A stretch of DNA of 64,000 nucleotides from Candidatus Caccovivens faecavium (GTDB lineage: Bacteria > Bacillota > Clostridia > Christensenellales > UBA1242), in NCBI GenBank assembly GCA_018715545.1, contig DVLK01000098.1, forward strand, positions 9,101 to 73,100. The letters run 5' to 3'. Under the pieces are notes generated by a model. That model had not been told where the DNA came from. It saw only the letters and a list, made by a program, of their open reading frames with translations, and did no database searches. Each line of letters starts with the position of its first letter. The stretch's first letter is position 1. Positions 54,528 to 64,000 of this stretch are shown here, in pieces. The position numbers were made by a program, and so were the translations under genes.

Positions 54528-55526
54528 ATGGAAGATAGATTTATAACCAGCACAAAAAATTGGACGGATGCAGAAATTGAAACTTCCCTTCGTCCAACAA
54601 GCTTAGATCAATATGTTGGGCAAGATAAAATCAAGGAAAGTTTGAGAGTCTATATTCAGGCGGCGAAAACGCGAAAAGATGCGCTTGACCATGTGCTTTT
54701 ATATGGACCTCCTGGCTTAGGCAAAACCACTCTTTCGCACATCATTGCGAAGGAACTAGGCTCGCAAATTAAAATTACATCAGGACCAGCGATTGAGCAC
54801 GCTGCTGACCTTGCTGCAATACTTACTAATCTTAATAAAAATGATGTTTTATTTATAGATGAAATTCATAGGCTTAATAAGACTGTTGAGGAAATACTTT
54901 ACCCTGCCATGGAAGATTTTGCGCTTGACTTCATAGTTGGAAAAGGTCCATCGGCTAAAAATATGCGACTTAAAATTCAACCTTTTACGCTTATCGGTGC
55001 AACTACAAAGGCGGGTATGCTTACAAGTCCACTTCGCGATAGGTTTGGAGTAATCTGCCGTTTGGAACTTTATACAGATACAGATTTACAAGTAATCATA
55101 AAGCGTTCTGCTGATATTTTAAATATCAAAATAGACGATAGTGCCAGTCTTGACATCGCTAAGCGCTCACGAGGAACGCCAAGAATTGCCAATCGTCTTT
55201 TAAAGCGTGTGAGAGATTACGCTGAGGTTCTTGGCTCTGGCGAAATCACAAAAGAAATTACGGACCAGGCGCTTGCCAAAATGGAAATTGATGAATTAGG
55301 ACTTGATTTTATAGATAGAAAGATTTTAGAAAGCATTATTTATAAATTTGGTGGTGGTCCTGTTGGCTTAGATACATTGTCTGCAACAATTGGAGAAGAT
55401 GCAGGCACGATTGAAGATGTCTATGAGCCATATTTAATGCAATTAGGATTTATTGCAAGAACTCCACGCGGGCGAATTGCAATGGAAAACGCATATCATC
55501 ATCTTGGACTAGACTACAACAAGTAA
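54528..55526 (+). CDS. ruvB: Holliday junction helicase subunit RuvB
   Basis: [29 protein letters not shown] and [15 protein letters not shown]. Confidence 0.97.
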   Translation: MEDRFITSTKNWTDAEIETSLRPTSLDQYVGQDKIKESLRVYIQAAKTRKDALDHVLLYGPPGLGKTTLSHIIAKELGSQIKITSGPAIEHAADLAAILTNLNKNDVLFIDEIHRLNKTVEEILYPAMEDFALDFIVGKGPSAKNMRLKIQPFTLIGATTKAGMLTSPLRDRFGVICRLELYTDTDLQVIIKRSADILNIKIDDSASLDIAKRSRGTPRIANRLLKRVRDYAEVLGSGEITKEITDQALAKMEIDELGLDFIDRKILESIIYKFGGGPVGLDTLSATIGEDAGTIEDVYEPYLMQLGFIARTPRGRIAMENAYHHLGLDYNK

Positions 55527-55585
55527 TGGATGAGCGAAAAAAAGGTACTGCTCTGATTTTTTAGATATAATACAAAAGGAACATT

Positions 55586-56626
55586 ATGCAAAGAGAATTA
55601 TTAAGATCTACTTATCACTATGATTTGCCAGAGGAGCTTATTGCTCAAACTCCGATTGAACCACGCGACTCTTCGCGTCTTTTATGCTATAACAGAAAAA
55701 CAAAAATGGTTAAAGATTTACATTTTTATGATATATACAACTTTTTAAATAAAGGCGATGTATTAGTTATCAATAACACGCGTGTTTTGCCAGCTAGACT
55801 TTATGGCTATAAGCATACAGGTGCAAAGATTGAGATACTTCTTCAAAAACGAATTGACCTTACTCATTGGGAAGTGATTGCAAAACCATTTAAGCGTTTG
55901 GATGAGGGGACTGAAATTGTTTTTAACGAAAACATTTTTGCTGTTGTTGTTAGTAAGGAAACTTATGGTTCTTGTGTCATTGAATTTAAGTATGACTTAA
56001 ACAAGACCTTTGAAGAACATCTGATGGAAATTGGAACCGTTCCACTTCCGCCTTATATTAAAGAAAAGTTAAAGGACCCTGAGCGCTATCAAACCGTATA
56101 TGCCAAAGTTGAAGGTTCAAGTGCAGCGCCAACGGCGGGGTTACACTTTACAAAGGAACTTTTGAAAAAATTACAAGATAAGGGTGTTGAAATTTGTGAG
56201 GTGCTACTTCATGTCGGGCTTGGCACTTTTAGGCCAGTCAAAGAGGACAATATTTTAGAACATAAGATGCATAGTGAATATATAGAGGTCACAGAAGAAG
56301 TGGCAAAAAAATTAAATAAGGCAAAAGCTGAGGGCAGGCGTGTAATAGCTGTTGGAACTACATCTGTGCGAGTACTTGAAAGTGCAAGTGATAACAATGG
56401 AATGATAAAAAGTGTTAAAAAAGAAACTGATATTTTTATCTATCCACCATATAAGTTTAAATTTGTTGATGCATTAATTACTAACTTTCACTTGCCAGAA
56501 TCAACACTCATTATGCTCGTTTCTGCCTTTATTGGAGATATTGACAAAACACTTGAACTATATCGCCACGCAGTGAATGAAAAATATAGATTTTTTAGTT
56601 TTGGTGATGCTATGTTTATTGAATAA
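55586..56626 (+). CDS. queA: S-adenosylmethionine:tRNA ribosyltransferase-isomerase
   Basis: YHYDLPEELIAQTPIEPRDSSRLL and GSSAAPTAGLHFT. Confidence 0.95.
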   Translation: MQRELLRSTYHYDLPEELIAQTPIEPRDSSRLLCYNRKTKMVKDLHFYDIYNFLNKGDVLVINNTRVLPARLYGYKHTGAKIEILLQKRIDLTHWEVIAKPFKRLDEGTEIVFNENIFAVVVSKETYGSCVIEFKYDLNKTFEEHLMEIGTVPLPPYIKEKLKDPERYQTVYAKVEGSSAAPTAGLHFTKELLKKLQDKGVEICEVLLHVGLGTFRPVKEDNILEHKMHSEYIEVTEEVAKKLNKAKAEGRRVIAVGTTSVRVLESASDNNGMIKSVKKETDIFIYPPYKFKFVDALITNFHLPESTLIMLVSAFIGDIDKTLELYRHAVNEKYRFFSFGDAMFIE

Positions 56627-56652
56627 TACACTGTATATGGTGTAGTATGCAA
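56624..56652. repeat. Copy 3 of the small palindromic post-stop element (arms in permuted order)
   Basis: TAATACACTGTATATGGTGTAGTATGC overlaps the queA stop. ATAATACAC pairs with GTGTAGTAT. Confidence 0.4.
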
Positions 56653-56712
56653 ACTAAGCGCTACAAGATATGCTATTTTTGTTGTTTATATTTAGAATAG
56701 TTATTTTAATGA

Positions 56713-57840
<1,128 letters not shown>

Positions 57841-57863
57841 TTATAGAAATTTTTAAAAATAAA

Positions 57864-57890
57864 AAAATGCACCATTGCTGTGCATTTTTT
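57864..57890 (+). terminator. Intrinsic terminator after tgt
   Basis: Stem AAATGCAC / GTGCATTT with a 7-nt loop, followed by TTTTT. Confidence 0.8.
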
Positions 57891-58070
57891 GCATATATTT
57901 AACTTAAATGCTAGATTTTTTAATAAAATTGACAAAATTAGACATCGTTCGCTAAAAATATTTGTTCATAATGTTTGCATTTTGGCGCTGTATGTGTTAC
58001 AATAATGCCAGTATATCACGCATTAGATATATTATATAATTAATTATAAATAATAAAAGGGAGAAAAATT

Positions 58071-59339
58071 ATGCACGAATTTACTTTAAAAGACAACATT
58101 GTAACTCTTAAAATTAAGGTTTCACAAAAAGAATGGGAGGAAAAACTCCAAGAAGCATATGAAACAAATAAAGGAAGATTTTCTATTACTGGTTTTAGAA
58201 AAGGTCATGCGCCAAGAAAAGTGATTGAAAAAACTTATGGCGATGATATTTTCTATGAGGACGCTGTACAAAATATTGCCAATGTTGAAATGATTGAATT
58301 TATCACAAAAAATCCTAAAATGGAGCCTCTTCAAGCACCAAATATCACAAATGTGGTTATGGACAATGTTGGACTTACATTTGATTTAAACTTTGAAATA
58401 ATGCCAGAAATTAAGCTTTGCAAATACACTGGTTTAGAGTTTAAAAAACTTTCAACAAAGGTTACAGATGAGGACATCAACCACGAAATTGAACATCTAT
58501 TAAATGATAATGCCACATTTAAAGATGTAGATAGGGCAAGCAAGAACGGTGACCAAGTTGTAATTGATTTTGTCGGATATGTGGACGGTAAGCCATTCGA
58601 GGGCGGGAGAGCAGAGAATTTTCCTCTTGACTTAGGTTCTCACACTTTCATCGAGGGCTTTGAAGAGCAACTCGTTGGCAAGAAAAAGGGCGAAGATGTT
58701 AAAGTTGACATCAAGTTCCCAGACAACTATGTTGAATACTTGGCGGGCAAGAGCGGTTATTTTGATGTAAAAATCAAAGAGGTTAGAGAAAAAACTCTAC
58801 CTGTTCTTGATGACAAATTTATTTCCAATGCGACAGAATATGAGAACTTAGAGGAGTATAAAAAACATTTACAAGAGCATATTCAATCTATGAAGGAAGA
58901 TCGTTCGGTTGCAAGGTTGAAGTCAGATATCTATGAGTATCTTCTTAAAAATACGAAAGTTGTTGCACCAAAGTTCATGGTAGATAATGAAGTTCACGCT
59001 GAAATGCACGAAATTGAGGACAGAGCAAAGAGTTTTGGTATGACACTACAAGAGTATTTTGACGCAGTCAAGATGCCTATGGAAGAATATAGACAGATGT
59101 GCGAGGAACGCGCTGACCGTTCTATCAGAATGCACTTCATCTTTGAACAATTTTTCGATGAGCTAAAAATTACAGCTTATGAGGAAGAAATTAAAGCACA
59201 AATTGACAAAATGAAACTTGAAAGAAATGACGAAAACGCAAGACTTCAAGCAATTCACATGGTTAAGGTTAATAAGGTGTTTGATTATCTTTGCAAAAAC
59301 AACAAGCTTGTTGAAGTGAACACTGCCGAAGAATTATAA
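58071..59339 (+). CDS. tig: Trigger factor
   Basis: ITGFRKGHAPRKVIEKTYG and the FKBP-like GDQVVIDFVGYVDGKPFEGG. Confidence 0.95.
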   Translation: MHEFTLKDNIVTLKIKVSQKEWEEKLQEAYETNKGRFSITGFRKGHAPRKVIEKTYGDDIFYEDAVQNIANVEMIEFITKNPKMEPLQAPNITNVVMDNVGLTFDLNFEIMPEIKLCKYTGLEFKKLSTKVTDEDINHEIEHLLNDNATFKDVDRASKNGDQVVIDFVGYVDGKPFEGGRAENFPLDLGSHTFIEGFEEQLVGKKKGEDVKVDIKFPDNYVEYLAGKSGYFDVKIKEVREKTLPVLDDKFISNATEYENLEEYKKHLQEHIQSMKEDRSVARLKSDIYEYLLKNTKVVAPKFMVDNEVHAEMHEIEDRAKSFGMTLQEYFDAVKMPMEEYRQMCEERADRSIRMHFIFEQFFDELKITAYEEEIKAQIDKMKLERNDENARLQAIHMVKVNKVFDYLCKNNKLVEVNTAEEL

Positions 59340-59478
59340 CTACATTTGTTAGACTTATAATAAACATAAGCATTTACGAGAAAGCAAAAGCTTTTAAGCA
59401 TTGTTAAGTTGTATTGTTAAATAATCATTTAAAACTTATAACCCTATTGAAAATGGTAAAATTAATTAGGAGGTAAAT

Positions 59479-60066
59479 ATGTTAATACCTATGGTTGTTG
59501 ACCAAACAGGAGCAAATGAAAGGTCATATGATATTTATTCAAGACTACTAGAAGATAGAATTATCTTTTTAGCGGGAGAAATTACAGATGATAGCGCAAA
59601 TTCAATTATAGCTCAATTAATCTATCTCGAAGGGAAAAATCCAGATAAGGACATCTTCATTTATATTAATAGCCCGGGCGGTTCTGTAAGTGCTGGAATG
59701 GCAATTTATGATACCATGAACTATATTAAATGTGATGTTTCCACTATCTGTGTCGGGCTTGCTGCATCAATGGGCGCTTTTCTATTGTCTAGCGGGGCGA
59801 AAGGAAAGAGATTTGCTCTTCCAAACAGTGAAATTATGATACATCAACCACTTGGTGGAGCACAAGGTCAAGCAAGCGATATTGAAATACAGGCACGCCA
59901 TATTCAAAACATCAAAGCAAAATTAAACAAGATTTTAAGCGAAAACACAGGTAAGCCTCTTGATGTTATAGAAAAAGACACTGATAGAGATAATTATATG
60001 ACGCCAGATGAAGCAAAAGAGTATGGGTTAATTGATAATATTTTTAAAACAAGAAAGGCAAACTAA
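59479..60066 (+). CDS. clpP: ATP-dependent Clp protease proteolytic subunit
   Basis: [18 protein letters not shown], the catalytic context [11 protein letters not shown], and MIHQPLGG. Confidence 0.97.
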   Translation: MLIPMVVDQTGANERSYDIYSRLLEDRIIFLAGEITDDSANSIIAQLIYLEGKNPDKDIFIYINSPGGSVSAGMAIYDTMNYIKCDVSTICVGLAASMGAFLLSSGAKGKRFALPNSEIMIHQPLGGAQGQASDIEIQARHIQNIKAKLNKILSENTGKPLDVIEKDTDRDNYMTPDEAKEYGLIDNIFKTRKAN

Positions 60067-60135
60067 TTTTGCGAAAATTTCGTTTTGCATATAAAGACTT
60101 GACGAGTTTATAGTTACTTGTATTAAAGGAGTTGT

Positions 60136-61416
60136 ATGAAAGATATTGAAATGTATTGCTCTTTTTGTGGAAAGCCACAAAGTAGCGCCAAAAAACTAAT
60201 TGCAAGCCCTAATGGTGATGCGTATATTTGTGACGATTGTGTCAGGATTTGTCTTGATATTGTTAAACAAGATAGCTTGAAAATCAAAGTCTATAAGGAC
60301 CTTGAAATTCCTTCTCCTAAGGAAATAAAAAAGCAACTTGATAATTATGTGATAGGTCAGGACCAAGCAAAGAAAGTACTTTCGGTCGCTGTATTTAATC
60401 ACTATAAACGAATTAATTACAATAATCATCTTAAACTTGATGGTAAGAAAAAGAAAAATGAAAGTAATGTAGAACTTGAAAAAAGTAATATTCTGATGAT
60501 TGGACCAACTGGTTCAGGAAAAACACTTCTCGTTAAAACTTTGGCAAAAATACTAGATGTTCCTTTTGCTGTGGCTGATGCTACAACCTTGACAGAAGCT
60601 GGTTATGTTGGTGAAGATGTTGAAAATGTACTCTTAAAGCTCATACAAAATGCAGATTATGACATCTCGCGTGCGGAAAGAGGTATTATTTATATTGACG
60701 AAATTGATAAGATTTCAAGAAAGAGCGAAAATCGCTCAATAACCCGTGATGTCGGTGGTGAGGGTGTACAACAAGCTCTACTTAAAATCATTGAAAGCAC
60801 TATTGCATCCGTTCCTCCACAGGGCGGTAGAAAACATCCTCATCAAGAGATGCTTCAAATTGACACAACAAATATTCTTTTTATTTGCGGAGGGGCATTT
60901 GTAGGCTTAGACGATATCATTTATAAGAGAATGGCGTCCTCAGCTCTTGGCTTCAATGCCGAAATAAAAAATTCATCTGAAAGAGCTAAAATTAACTATT
61001 CACAAGATGTTCAGCCTGACGATTTAATAAAGTTTGGTTTAATTCCTGAGTTTGTGGGAAGATTGCCGATAATTACAGGGCTAGATAACTTAGATGCTAA
61101 TGCGTTAGAAAAAATCTTGGTTGAGCCTAAAAATAGTCTGATTAAGCAATATACTGAGCTTTTCAAAATGGATGGCTTTGAGCTCGAATTTGAAAAAGAC
61201 GCAATAGGCTATGTTGCTAACAAAGCATTGGAACTCAAAACGGGAGCAAGAGGGATTAGAACCATAATGGAAACACGAATGACTGAACTTATGTATGATT
61301 TGCCTGACCCTAAGGTGTATGAAAAAGTCATTATAACCAAGGATTTTATGGAAAAAGGAGCAGAGCCAAAACTAATTCGAAGAGTGGAAACCGAACCTAA
61401 GGAAAGTGTTGGCTAA
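60136..61416 (+). CDS. clpX: ATP-dependent Clp protease ATP-binding subunit ClpX
   Basis: Zinc ribbon CSFCGK...CDDC, Walker [11 protein letters not shown], and IYIDEIDK. Confidence 0.97.
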   Translation: MKDIEMYCSFCGKPQSSAKKLIASPNGDAYICDDCVRICLDIVKQDSLKIKVYKDLEIPSPKEIKKQLDNYVIGQDQAKKVLSVAVFNHYKRINYNNHLKLDGKKKKNESNVELEKSNILMIGPTGSGKTLLVKTLAKILDVPFAVADATTLTEAGYVGEDVENVLLKLIQNADYDISRAERGIIYIDEIDKISRKSENRSITRDVGGEGVQQALLKIIESTIASVPPQGGRKHPHQEMLQIDTTNILFICGGAFVGLDDIIYKRMASSALGFNAEIKNSSERAKINYSQDVQPDDLIKFGLIPEFVGRLPIITGLDNLDANALEKILVEPKNSLIKQYTELFKMDGFELEFEKDAIGYVANKALELKTGARGIRTIMETRMTELMYDLPDPKVYEKVIITKDFMEKGAEPKLIRRVETEPKESVG

Positions 61417-61423
61417 TTTTTAG

Positions 61424-61539
61424 GGCGGGCGAAAGAGCGCCTGTGAGGGCGCTTGGCGCGTTACGCGCTAAAATTTTACTTGCAATTTTGAAATAAAAAA
61501 CTAAAAAGTGTTTAAAAGTAAAATTTTCTTTCGCCCGCC
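61424..61539. repeat. Compact four-helix (cloverleaf-topology) palindromic element downstream of clpX
   Basis: P1 GGCGGGCGAAAG (61424-35) pairs with CTTTCGCCCGCC (61528-39). P2 AGCGCC (61436-41) pairs with GGCGCT (61448-53). P3 GCGCG (61456-60) pairs with CGCGC (61464-68). P4 AAAATTTTACTT (61470-81) pairs with AAGTAAAATTTT (61516-27). The helices abut with 0-2 nt linkers. Confidence 0.6.
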
Positions 61540-61637
61540 AATTACAAAAGAAGATATATTTAAGATAAATACAAATATTTAACATCATTAATAAATAGAT
61601 TTAAAAGTAAAATTTTTAAAAATGTTTGTCAAAATAG

Positions 61638-61666
61638 TTGACATGCATAAAATATTGTGCTATAAT
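61638..61666 (+). promoter_or_regulatory. infC-rpmI-rplT operon promoter (full consensus, extended -10)
   Basis: TTGACA (61638-61643), 17 nt spacer, TGcTATAAT (61658-61666). Confidence 0.8.
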
Positions 61667-61673
61667 CACAAGC

Positions 61674-61805
61674 GTATGAAAGTAGAAGTTCCCTTCTCGC
61701 CTGTCGAATTTTGTTTTGACATGGTCACAAAATTTAATAATGATTTATTATATTTTGGTAGGGAGCATTCTTTCTGCCAAAATTTTTTTAAAGGAGATTA
61801 CGACA
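61674..61805 (+). promoter_or_regulatory. Candidate L20-responsive leader with attenuator hairpin upstream of infC
   Basis: A ~130-nt leader. The hairpin GGTAGGGAG-catt-CTTTCTGCC (61757-61778, includes G-U pairs) is followed by AAAATTTTTTT just before the infC RBS. The position matches the Firmicute L20 leader. Confidence 0.5.
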
Positions 61806-62321
61806 ATTTTTAAGGAACAATTAACAAACGAACAAATCACCGCTAGCACTGTGAGATTAATCGGCGAAGACGGTGAGCAATTAGGTGTTATGCCTATTGA
61901 AAAAGCAAGGCAAATAGCTGAAAATGAAGGACTTGACTTAGTTTTAATGTCTGGAAATTCAAATCCTGCTGTTTGCAAAATTATGGATTATGGTAAATAT
62001 CGCTTTGACAGCATTAAGCGCGAAAAGGAATTGAAAAAAAATCAGAAGATAGTAGAGCTTAAAGAGATACAGCTCACTATGCGAATTGACCAATATCATA
62101 TCAATTTCAAGCTTAAAAATGCGCAAAAGATATTACAAGACGGTGACAAAGTTAAAGTGTCACTTAGAATGAAAGGGCGTGAACAAGCATATTCAAAAAA
62201 TGCTGTTGAGGTTGTTGAAAACTTTGTTAACGCGCTTAGCGAATTTGGCTCAGTTGATAAAAAGCCAGAGATTGTTGGAAGAAATGTAATCGTTGTAATC
62301 AATCCAAAAAAGACAAAATAA
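61806..62321 (+). CDS. infC: Translation initiation factor IF-3, probable ATT start codon
   Basis: AAGGAG (61791-61796), 9 nt spacer, ATT (61806). The protein then reads (M)FKEQLTNEQITASTVRLIGEDGEQLGV, a normal IF-3 N-terminus. The ORF-track ATG at 61716 adds 30 hydrophobic residues with no RBS. Confidence 0.85.
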   Translation: MFKEQLTNEQITASTVRLIGEDGEQLGVMPIEKARQIAENEGLDLVLMSGNSNPAVCKIMDYGKYRFDSIKREKELKKNQKIVELKEIQLTMRIDQYHINFKLKNAQKILQDGDKVKVSLRMKGREQAYSKNAVEVVENFVNALSEFGSVDKKPEIVGRNVIVVINPKKTK

Positions 62322-62334
62322 AAGGAGAAAAGTT

Positions 62335-62529
62335 ATGCCTAAGCAAAAAACACACAGTGGTGTAAAGAAGCGTTTTTCACTCACTGCAACAGGAAAGGTT
62401 AAGTATGCAAGACCTGGCAAAGGTCACTTCTTAACGGTTAAAAACAAAAATCGCAAGAGAAAACTTAGAAAGGGGTCTTATATTGCTGGAAAGAATGCAG
62501 ACAACATTAAGACGCTTCTTTGCAAGTAA
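62335..62529 (+). CDS. rpmI: 50S ribosomal protein L35
   Basis: MPKQKTHSGVKKRF... Confidence 0.97.
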   Translation: MPKQKTHSGVKKRFSLTATGKVKYARPGKGHFLTVKNKNRKRKLRKGSYIAGKNADNIKTLLCK

Positions 62530-62541
62530 TGGAGGAGTAGT

Positions 62542-62889
62542 ATGAGAATTAAAAGAGGTGTAAACGCAGTTAAAAAGCGTAGAAAAATCTTAAAATCTGC
62601 CAAAGGTTATTTTGGTGCAAAAAGCAAGCTTTATAGAACAGCAAGAGAGCAAGTTATGAAATCTGGTCAATATGCTTATATTGGCAGAAAACAAAAGAAG
62701 AGAGATTTCCGCGCTCTTTGGATAACAAGAATTAATGCTGGATGCCGTCAAAATGATATTTCTTATTCAAGATTTATCTCTGGGCTTAAAAAAGCAAATG
62801 TAGCTCTCAACAGAAAGGTACTTGCTGATATCGCTGTTCGCGAACCAGAAACTTTTGCTAAACTTGTAGAAACAGCAAAGAAGGCTTAA
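62542..62889 (+). CDS. rplT: 50S ribosomal protein L20
   Basis: [25 protein letters not shown]... Confidence 0.97.
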   Translation: MRIKRGVNAVKKRRKILKSAKGYFGAKSKLYRTAREQVMKSGQYAYIGRKQKKRDFRALWITRINAGCRQNDISYSRFISGLKKANVALNRKVLADIAVREPETFAKLVETAKKA

Positions 62890-63611
62890 TGGAAAGGGCG
62901 AGCAGAGATTTAATTTTAAATTTAAAAAAGCAAAAACGCGAAAAGTCTTTGCTTTTTTTAGATAATGTTAAAATTATTAAAGACGCTCTATCAAACATAA
63001 AAGCTATTTTAATTTTAACTACAATTGAACCATTGCCTTTTGATACGGGTGATGTCAAAGTTTATAAGACAGATGCTAAAACTATTGAAATGCTTGCCGA
63101 TACCGTCACTCCACAAGGAGTGCTTTGTGTAGCGGAATTAAAACAACAAGAGCTTACTGTTCCAAAAGATAACTTTTTGGTTCTTGACAATCTTCAAGAT
63201 CCTGGTAATATGGGCACTCTTATAAGAACATCTGTTGCTTGTGGATTTTCAGCAGTATTCGCTATTAACTGTGTGCGCATTACAAATTCAAAGCTAATAA
63301 GAAGTTCAGTGGGTGCTGTCTTTAATCAGAAAATATATGAAATGTCAAAAGAGGAATTTATTAAATTTGCGAGTTTAAATAATTTACCTCTTGCTAAATG
63401 CGACATGAACGGCGAAAATATATTTACAAAAAAATTTGACAAACCTATTGGAATAGTTATTGGCAATGAGGGACAAGGAGTAAGCGAAGAGATTTCCAAA
63501 CTTTGCAAAATATCTCTTTCAATACCAATGAAAGGTGATATCGAAAGTTTAAATGCAGGCGTTAGTGGGTCAATAATCATGTATCAAATAGCCAAAGAAA
63601 ATTTAATTTAG
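62889..63611 (+). CDS. TrmH/SpoU-family RNA 2'-O-methyltransferase
   Basis: [24 protein letters not shown] and [21 protein letters not shown]. Confidence 0.85.
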   Translation: MERASRDLILNLKKQKREKSLLFLDNVKIIKDALSNIKAILILTTIEPLPFDTGDVKVYKTDAKTIEMLADTVTPQGVLCVAELKQQELTVPKDNFLVLDNLQDPGNMGTLIRTSVACGFSAVFAINCVRITNSKLIRSSVGAVFNQKIYEMSKEEFIKFASLNNLPLAKCDMNGENIFTKKFDKPIGIVIGNEGQGVSEEISKLCKISLSIPMKGDIESLNAGVSGSIIMYQIAKENLI

Positions 63612-63621
63612 GAGGTGTAAT

Positions 63622-64000
63622 ATGTCAGGTCACTCAAAATGGCACAATATTCAAGCGCGTAAGGGCAAGTCCGATGCTGCGCGCGGAAAAATCTTTACAA
63701 AGATTGGACGCGAAATCGCTGTATGCGTTAAAGCAGGTGGACCTGACCCGAACACAAACAGCAAACTTCGTGATATTATCGCAAAAGCAAAACAAAATAA
63801 TATGCCAAGTGACAATATCGAACGCTCTATTAAAAAGGCGTCTGGCGAACTTAGCGGAATTAATTATGAAGCTATAACCTATGAAGGCTATGGCGTTGGT
63901 GGTTCTGCGGTTATTGTTGAATGTCTAACTGACAATAAAAATAGAACAGCAGGAGATGTTCGTCATGCTTTTGATAAACATGGTGGAAGTTTAGGCTCTT
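63622..64000 (+). CDS. yebC: YebC/PmpR-family regulator, 3'-truncated by the window edge (absent from the ORF track)
   Basis: The ATG at 63622 lies 6 nt after GGAGGTG. The translation is [53 protein letters not shown]... The frame is open to nt 64000. Confidence 0.9.
   Translation, partial: MSGHSKWHNIQARKGKSDAARGKIFTKIGREIAVCVKAGGPDPNTNSKLRDIIAKAKQNNMPSDNIERSIKKASGELSGINYEAITYEGYGVGGSAVIVECLTDNKNRTAGDVRHAFDKHGGSLGS

Noticed and set aside
61397-61813. ORFs 61397..61588 (-) and 61622..61813 (+), and the 61716 start of infC
   Set aside because: The first is the antisense reading of the palindromic element. The second spans the infC promoter and leader. The 61716 ATG lacks an RBS and adds a non-IF-3 hydrophobic extension.

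Overview
This is an AT-rich chromosomal core region of an endospore-forming low-GC Firmicute (Clostridia-like). Almost all genes are on the + strand and almost all are housekeeping.

Gene order, left to right:
- 3' part of a large surface repeat protein whose frame is open to the left window edge
- large Bacillus-type SRP RNA
- spoIIIAA-AH
- asp23-nusB-xseA-xseB-proS
- three membrane/metal-transport genes
- rpsB-tsf
- a ~6.4 kb interruption where pyrH is normally found: a ThyX-like gene, rpmB on the minus strand (missed by the ORF track), asp23-yloV, and a 629-aa orphan
- frr-uppS-cdsA-rseP
- a 188-aa orphan plus a PolC-derived 'mini-PolC' exonuclease where polC is normally found
- rimP-nusA-ylxR-ylxQ-infB-rbfA-nrnA-truB
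- nfo-like gene, efp, valS
- an unlisted 48-aa basic peptide
- rluA-family gene (minus strand)
- Phe T-box with pheS-pheT
- nifS-like gene and thiI
- argR-recN
- SIMPL-like gene
- JAB-like orphan (minus strand)
- ruvCAB-queA-tgt
- tig-clpP-clpX
- L20-leader-infC(ATT start)-rpmI-rplT
- trmH-family gene
- yebC, cut by the right window edge and missed by the ORF track

I saw no transposase, integrase, CRISPR array, rRNA or tRNA. I could not identify a convincing multi-gene novel system; there are no defence-island hallmarks.

The most unusual items are:
1. the mini-PolC architecture at the polC locus
2. a ~145-nt structured element present twice, bracketing the asp23-yloV-orphan block
3. a double-module ThyX-like protein with split motifs
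4. a compact four-helix GC-rich palindromic element after clpX
5. a set of genes whose consensus promoters are placed for leaderless mRNAs
6. several small palindromic or GC-rich intergenic repeats

All calls rest on reading the sequence and recognising protein motifs from memory. No database search was possible.
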